Translations under genes and position numbers: made by a program | Assembly (NCBI GenBank): GCA_963771175.1 | Contig: CAVYSY010000040.1 | Coordinates: 224,001 to 288,000 of the forward strand | Source of the DNA: an uncultured delta proteobacterium | Lineage (GTDB): Bacteria > Myxococcota > Myxococcia > Myxococcales > Myxococcaceae | Length of the DNA: 64,000 nt | Reading direction: 5' to 3' | Shown here: positions 58,355-64,000 of the stretch, in pieces | Numbering within the stretch: position 1 is the first letter of the stretch | Layout: every line of letters starts with the position of its first letter | The notes under the pieces: model-generated | Database searches by the model: none | Told to the model about the DNA's origin: nothing | The model's input: the letters and a program-made list of their open reading frames with translations, nothing else

Positions 58355-59520
58355 GAGATCTTGTTCTTGTTCTTGTCTTTGTTGAGCTTGGGATCCAGGG
58401 CGGGCGTGTTGGGCATGTCCGCCATCTGGTTCTTGCAGCCCATGAAGTTCTCGCCACGGGCCTGGAAGATCTTCCGGTACAGGGAGTCGTCGTAGTTGTT
58501 GGTGTCGCGGAAGGGCGCGGTGTCGAAGCAACGCTGCAGGTCGTTGTCGTTCCCGTTCCGATCGTCCAGACCGGGCAGGCCGCGCTTGTCCAGGTTGTGG
58601 AGGCCCTCCTGGGCGCCGTGCTTGTCGTTGTTGCAGCCCCGGGCGGACTGGGACGGGGTGTAGTTGTGGGCGACCACGAACGTCCCCAGGAAGTCCGGCA
58701 GGAAGAAGTTGGTGACGGTGCTGATCTTATCGAGCCCCACCTTGCTCAGGTAGTTGGTGACGCCCAGGAACTTCATTCTACCCACCTGCCGGAACATACC
58801 GTGCTCGGAGCCGCCGTCGTGCACGCCTGCCCGCTTGCCCTTCACGATGGCATTACCGCCGTCGGGCAGGTGCCAGCCGTTGGCGATGAGGGTGTAGCGG
58901 TTCTTGATGGGCATGTTGCTCAGGTCCTTCCCGCCCCAGTTGTCCACCGAGTAGAAGCCCTTGCTCTCCTTCTGCAGGTAGCGCCGGGGCAGCTTGAAGG
59001 CGGCGAGCTTGCTGGTGATCTCCACCTGCACCTGGCCCTTGGTGTTGAAGGCGAAGTGGTTGAGGAAGAAGTTGAGCGTCTTGCCCACCGCGGCGGAGGC
59101 CTCCTCGCCCGCGCCGCCTCCTCCGCCCGGGAACACGCGGCTCAGGTCGATGCCCGCCACGGTCTGGTTGGTGATCTTCACGTTCACCGGATCCGCGCGC
59201 AGCATGAGGGAGGCGGGGCCCGCGTTGGGCTCGATGGAGTCGAGGTCCTTGTAGCGCTCGGTGGCCTCATCCATCGAGGCCTTCATGGCGACGTCGAAGG
59301 CCTGATCGTGGTTGGCCTCGGCGTAGTCGCTCAGGGTGTAGCTGGTGAGCTCCCAGGCGACGTAGCGGGTGGCCTCCTGGAGCTTGAGCTTGGCGCGGAG
59401 GACATCGCTCAGGAAGATGCTGAACATCAGGATGGAGACCAGCAGCGGCACCACGAGCGCGAACTCGACGGTGGCCGCGCCACGCCGGGACGACTTCTGC
59501 TGGACGCGAGGGCGGAGCAT
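58345..59520 (-). CDS. TadE-like minor pilin with a large C-terminal domain
   Basis: RRG|AATVEFALVVPLL, LQEATRYVAW. Confidence 0.88.
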   Translation of the reverse strand: MLRPRVQQKSSRRGAATVEFALVVPLLVSILMFSIFLSDVLRAKLKLQEATRYVAWELTSYTLSDYAEANHDQAFDVAMKASMDEATERYKDLDSIEPNAGPASLMLRADPVNVKITNQTVAGIDLSRVFPGGGGGAGEEASAAVGKTLNFFLNHFAFNTKGQVQVEITSKLAAFKLPRRYLQKESKGFYSVDNWGGKDLSNMPIKNRYTLIANGWHLPDGGNAIVKGKRAGVHDGGSEHGMFRQVGRMKFLGVTNYLSKVGLDKISTVTNFFLPDFLGTFVVAHNYTPSQSARGCNNDKHGAQEGLHNLDKRGLPGLDDRNGNDNDLQRCFDTAPFRDTNNYDDSLYRKIFQARGENFMGCKNQMADMPNTPALDPKLNKDKNKNKISCE

Positions 59521-59528
59521 GGCGGGCC

Positions 59529-61523
59529 TCAGTGGGTGATGATCTTCGCCGGGAAGTCCTTGACGGCGGCGGGCAACTGGTTGGACAGCGTGTTGATGAG
59601 GGGCAGCGAGTCCTTGCCCTGCCACACGGCGGCCAGACGCGGACGCCAGTAGGGGTTGAAGAAGTTGGGCTGCTCCGCCCAGTTGCCGGGCCGGTGGTAG
59701 TACGTCTGGCCGCGCGAGATGACCGTCATGCCGTCCGAGATGGTCAAGCCGCCGATCTCCAGCTTCTTGCGGTTGTTGTCCATCTCCAGGGTCGTGGACG
59801 TCTTGCCGGCGGAGAAGGAGAACTTCCCGCTGGCGTTGAGCAGGGCCGGATCGTTGTGCGTGGCTCCCGTCGCGTCGGCCTTCTTGTTGCGTAGCTCCTC
59901 CGAGCTCTTGTTGAGGAGCACCCAGGTGGAGGGCTGGTTGAAGTCGTCCTTGCGCTCGGCCATGGCGGCGATGCTGGCATTGGCGTTCTTGCCCATGCCC
60001 GTGCAGTCCGCCGCGTAGTCACCCGGCTCGAAGTGGGGGAAGGGGGCCAGTCCGGCCCAGCTGTGGTTGTTGTCCCGCTGATCGATGCGGGTGTTGGCCG
60101 AGTAGACGTCGACCTTCAGGAGGCACTTGATGATCCTGATGACGCAGACGGTGTTCTTGTTGAGGCCCACGTTGCCGTCCGCGCCCCCGGCTCCTCCGGG
60201 GAAGACCACCCGCCAGTGGATGCCGTTCCTGCGCAGATCCGTGTCGCTCATGGCCCAGATGCTGGTCTCGAGCGTGTCGTTCTTGTCCTCGCGCGGATCA
60301 CCCCAGCAGTTGAGCGGGTTGTCCGACTTCTTGCAGCTGAAGGGGTTTTTCAGGGGGCCGAGCGTAGCGGGGCCGAACTTCATGTAGTACGCGTCGTCCG
60401 CGCCGATCACGTCACCCTGGGCGATCGAGCCCATGGGGCTGCCGGGCAGATTGCGGTGCTCGCGGATCTTGTTGCCACCGCTCTTCCGCGAATCACCATA
60501 ACCGAGCTTGTAGGTGAGCATGCGCGTCTGGCCCCACTTGGGGACGAGCGTGTTGATGAAGTCCTCCAGCGGACTGAGCCAGCTGGGAATGGGCATCAGG
60601 TCGCCCAGCCGCCGGGAGGTGACGAACGTCTCCGGGCAGATGCCCGAGCTCGCGTTGCACGGGAAGCGCGTGGCGTTGGTGATGTTCCCCATCGACCGCT
60701 TGGCGCGCGCGACCTTGTCGGTCTCGGCCCGCTTGGTGGGATCCAGCGCGCGGAAGGGGTTGAACCCGCCCGAGATCAGCTTGCCGGGCGTGAGGTTGGT
60801 CCCATCGTTGTGCGTGCGGTTGAAGAGACACTGGTTGATGAGGCCCGCCAGGGTCTGCGGGATGAGCGCGTTCACGTTGGGATCGTTCTGCGCGATGATG
60901 GTGTTCGATGTCCCTATCACGTACGTGGATGTGGACATCATCACCGCGGCTGCCGCGCCTGCCATCACCGAGTTGAGCATCCGGTGTCCGGGTACGACGA
61001 TTCTTCCTATCGCCCGGTCGATGGGCTCCATTACCCGCTTCATCAGGAGGAGCAGCTTCTGGAGGATCGTGAAGATGACATCCAGCGCCTTCATGATCTG
61101 GCCGATGACGGGGATGACGTCGAGCACGGCGCAGATGATGATCCAGTACTTCTTTCGACTGTCCTTGGGGAAGCACGGGCCGATGGTGCGCATGAACCCG
61201 TAGAGGTCCGTCAGGAAGGCCTGGACGAAGAAGATGAACGAGTTCAGCGACTGCCAGAGCATCGCCGACACGTAGTGCGACACCTGGGTGCGGTTGGTGA
61301 ACGCGTAGAAGTTGAAGGCACGCGCTTCCATGGCGGCCGTGGAGTAGGCCGCGGCGTCCGCCGTGTTCTGCAGGCGGATGCGCTCGTGCACGTTGTGCCC
61401 GATGTTGACGGTGGTCATCAGCGCGATGCTCAGGATGAGCATCAGCACGCAGGCGAGGACGAGTGCCTGTCCTTCCTGACGCTGGAGGCTGCGGCGAAGG
61501 GCGCGGGTCATCATGGTGGTCAC
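59529..61523 (-). CDS. TadG-like pilus tip protein (~660 aa)
   Basis: EG|QALVL, IRLQNTADAAAYS.A..EAR.FN, C-terminal YYHRPGNWAEQPNFFNPYWRPRL; start GTG 61523 or ATG 61514. Confidence 0.88.
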   Translation of the reverse strand: MTTMMTRALRRSLQRQEGQALVLACVLMLILSIALMTTVNIGHNVHERIRLQNTADAAAYSTAAMEARAFNFYAFTNRTQVSHYVSAMLWQSLNSFIFFVQAFLTDLYGFMRTIGPCFPKDSRKKYWIIICAVLDVIPVIGQIMKALDVIFTILQKLLLLMKRVMEPIDRAIGRIVVPGHRMLNSVMAGAAAAVMMSTSTYVIGTSNTIIAQNDPNVNALIPQTLAGLINQCLFNRTHNDGTNLTPGKLISGGFNPFRALDPTKRAETDKVARAKRSMGNITNATRFPCNASSGICPETFVTSRRLGDLMPIPSWLSPLEDFINTLVPKWGQTRMLTYKLGYGDSRKSGGNKIREHRNLPGSPMGSIAQGDVIGADDAYYMKFGPATLGPLKNPFSCKKSDNPLNCWGDPREDKNDTLETSIWAMSDTDLRRNGIHWRVVFPGGAGGADGNVGLNKNTVCVIRIIKCLLKVDVYSANTRIDQRDNNHSWAGLAPFPHFEPGDYAADCTGMGKNANASIAAMAERKDDFNQPSTWVLLNKSSEELRNKKADATGATHNDPALLNASGKFSFSAGKTSTTLEMDNNRKKLEIGGLTISDGMTVISRGQTYYHRPGNWAEQPNFFNPYWRPRLAAVWQGKDSLPLINTLSNQLPAAVKDFPAKIITH

Positions 61524-62494
61524 AGGCCCCAGTCGGGGTTCAGGTGCATCAGCCACTTGTAATAGAAGTTCGACTGCATCCTCATGCTGTAGGTGGCCGT
61601 CAGCGGGATGAAGTAGCGCCGCCCCACGATGTCCGAGAGCAGCGGGATACCCCCGGTGGCCAGCCCCCAGAGCACGGCCATCTCCGTCCGGTAGAGCGTG
61701 TTGTAGCCGCGCTCATGGTCGATGCCTCGCACGGGCAGCAGGCCCACGCTGCTCATGCCGCCCTTCTTGTTGGTGGCGTTCGCCCGGAAGTTCGTCGTCG
61801 GCTTGTCGATGGAGCCGCCCAGTTCCGCGCCCGCGTTGGCCGCCCACCACGAGGTGAAGATGACCCAGTTGGCGAAGGGCACGCGCAGCTCGTACCAGTA
61901 GCGCACGCGCACGCTCAGCACCGTGGCCTTGCGGAAGACCTCCTCGTCGTTGTCCGGCAGCGGGAGGTTGAAGAACTTGGCGATCTTGCTCTCCAGCGAC
62001 GGCACCTGCGGGTAGGTGTCCGGCCCGTCGAAGTCCATCTCCTTCCAGTTGATGGCCGAGCGCAGCTTCCACACGCTCTGCACCGGCGAGTACCAGGACG
62101 GGTTCACCGTATCCACGCGTACCTGTCCGAAGAGGTTGGAGCCGTTGATGGTGGCCGGTACGATGGAGTTCTTGTTGGGCCAGGCCAGGAGCTGCAGTGC
62201 CTCGTCATAGAGCTGCGCGAACGCCCACGTCTTGCCCAGGTTGAACAGGGTGTCCGTGCGCCCCATGGTGGGCAGCACCGACATGATGGCCGCGTCGTGC
62301 ATGCGCTCGTTGTTGCCGTTCCACACGATGCCCGTGCGCGCCGCGTTGTACGCCGCGTACTCGGTCATCAACTTGGCGTGCTGCATCATCGTCAGTTGGA
62401 TGATGCCCAGGCCCAGGAAGACCATGAGCGGCATCACCAGGGCGGACTCGACCGCGGCCTGTCCGGATTGCCTGGAGTGGGGGAGGGTAAACAT
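61520..62494 (-). CDS. TadE family minor pilin
   Basis: SG|QAAVESALVMPL, EYAAYNAAR.G, MRMQS. Confidence 0.9.
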   Translation of the reverse strand: MFTLPHSRQSGQAAVESALVMPLMVFLGLGIIQLTMMQHAKLMTEYAAYNAARTGIVWNGNNERMHDAAIMSVLPTMGRTDTLFNLGKTWAFAQLYDEALQLLAWPNKNSIVPATINGSNLFGQVRVDTVNPSWYSPVQSVWKLRSAINWKEMDFDGPDTYPQVPSLESKIAKFFNLPLPDNDEEVFRKATVLSVRVRYWYELRVPFANWVIFTSWWAANAGAELGGSIDKPTTNFRANATNKKGGMSSVGLLPVRGIDHERGYNTLYRTEMAVLWGLATGGIPLLSDIVGRRYFIPLTATYSMRMQSNFYYKWLMHLNPDWGL

Positions 62495-62772
62495 GGATGC
62501 TGATATGTAACGACATCCCCGTCATCCGGTGCATCGGTCAGGTGGACGCCTCGCCCGGGAGCCCCGCCGCGGTCCGGACTCGGATTCCAAGAGGATGAGA
62601 ACCCGCCAGCTCGGAACAATCCGGCAGAGAGGGGTGTACGACTTTGACACCTGACGTGCTCGGTGGATAACATCCTACCCCGTTGGCGCCCCGGGCACCT
62701 GCCTCGTGTGCAACTTCCCCACCCCGACTCCCCGCCCATCGGTCGCCCCCCGCTCTGTGAGGTCCTCGAGAC

Positions 62773-63587
62773 ATGCTGAAGGGTAAGACTCCGCTCGTCA
62801 TCGCATTGGCGCTCGGCCTGCTGGCCGGCATCATCGCGTGGTCCGCCATCAAGAAGAAGGAAGCGGACGTGCGCCGCGGCTGGAACCTGGTGCCGGTCGT
62901 CGTGGCCTCGTCAGGACGTGCCCGAGGGCACCGTCATCACCTTCGACATGATCAACCAGCGCTCGGTGCCCGAGCAGTTCGTCACCTCGTCGGTGGTGAA
63001 GCCGGACTCGGCCACCTACGTGGTGGGCCAGAAGGTGCTGGTGGCGCTGCAGGCGGGCGATCCGCTGCTGTGGAGCCAGTTCGAGACCACCAAGGCCGCC
63101 GAGCGCCTGTCCGCCAAGGTGCAGAAGAAGGTTCGCGCCATCACCATCGAGGCGCGCAACACCACCTCGGTGGGCGGCTGGGTGCGGCCCAACGATCACG
63201 TGGACGTGATCGGCACCTTCCGCGATCCGCAGACGGACGAGAACGTGGCGGTGACGCTGCTGCAGAACGTCATCGTGCTGGCCACCGGCAAGGTCACCGG
63301 CACCACGAACGTCAACCTCATCCCGGAGAACCAGCGCGACTACAACAACATCACGCTGATGGTCATCCCGGAGGAGGCGGAGATCCTCACGCTGGCCGCG
63401 GAGCTGGGCAACCTGACGCTCTCGCTGCGCAACGAGGAGGACGTGGACATGATCGAGGAGCGCGGCCGCGCCACCATCAGCACGCTGCTGTCGGGCGAGC
63501 GTACCCGCGTGCTCGAGCAGCGGCGCCGCGAGATCATCCAGATCATCAAGGGCGACGCGGAGAAGAGCGCGTGCCACGAGCCCGTAG
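62773..63587 (+). CDS. cpaB: Flp pilus assembly protein CpaB/RcpC (frameshifts near 62912 and 63570)
   Basis: N-terminal TM, VPVVVA..D.PEG SAF domain, RAITI, SVGGWVRPNDHVDVI, TLLQNVIVLATG, LTLSLRN. Confidence 0.93.
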
Positions 63588-63635
63588 TCGTCCGCGTCGT
63601 CTTCCTCCCCCTCTCGCTGAAGGAAGCCCCCGCCC

Positions 63636-64000
63636 ATGCTGGCCGGAATCGTCCTCCTCCTCGTCACCGGGTCGTGTCTTCTTCTTCAGCCTGGTGATCT
63701 TCACCGTCCTGGCGAAGGCCTACGAGCAGTACCAGGAGCGGTACGTCGTCAAGTCGATGAACGACTTGAGCGACATGTTCCTGTTCATCGATGCGCGGCA
63801 GCTGCTGGTGCTCAACATCGCCAGCATGTGCTTGCTGGGCATCCTGTCGTACATCCTCTTCAACCCCATCCTGTGCGTGGGCGCCACGGTGTTCGGCTTC
63901 TTCCTGCCGATCATCCTGGTGAAGCACTACCGCAAGCGGCGCATCAAGAAGTTCAACGTGCAGCTGGTGGACGCGCTGCAGGCCATGGCCAACGCGTTCA
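63636..64000 (+). CDS. tadB: TadB-like (T2SSF family) inner-membrane platform protein, 5' part
   Basis: Follows cpaB; TM segments then RKRRIKKFNVQLVDALQAMANAF; cut by the window end; frameshift near 63680. Confidence 0.85.
   Translation, partial: MLAGIVLLLVTGSCLLLQPGDLHRPGEGLRAVPGAVRRQVDERLERHVPVHRCAAAAGAQHRQHVLAGHPVVHPLQPHPVRGRHGVRLLPADHPGEALPQAAHQEVQRAAGGRAAGHGQRV

Overview
High-GC myxobacterial chromosome segment (Myxococcales, probably Archangiaceae-like; inferred from gene content). The core backbone runs tgt(3' end)-yajC-secD-secF, recJ, aspS, lipid kinase, DUF72, Smr, SNF2 ATPase, DUF58/MoxR, HEAT-cyclophilin, Rec-HD-GYP, a DapB-like gene with a MaoC pair and acyl-CoA dehydrogenase, exbBD, a LolB-like lipoprotein, two MshEN-domain genes, oppD/oppF, an ECF sigma/anti-sigma pair, and a Tad (Kil-type) pilus cluster cut by the right edge. 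Accessory genes include an 8x124-aa CARDB-like repeat lipoprotein, an M4 protease, an EEP lipoprotein with a beta-barrel partner, an AA5 copper radical oxidase, an ELWxxDGT lipoprotein and a P450. Many conserved genes carry small indels while most accessory genes are intact; this looks like an assembly artefact rather than biology. The most informative region is 14.1-17.7 kb, with two related AHH-nuclease toxin/Imm11-like immunity cassettes (one orphan C-terminal tip, one full length) showing reciprocal charge swaps. The cassettes are separated by a diverged duplicate of the neighbouring gene's 3' end and terminator. The orphan cassette sits between the two arms of the duplicated terminator, and the junctions are filled with short scraps of unrelated genes (GST, TSP3 repeat, an immunity-gene piece). 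A lower-GC, translationally coupled pair (small Cys-rich exported protein plus partner) at 37.9-38.7 kb is a candidate uncharacterised toxin-immunity module. No rRNA, tRNA, CRISPR array or transposase was recognised. All family assignments come from motif recognition by eye; no database search was run.
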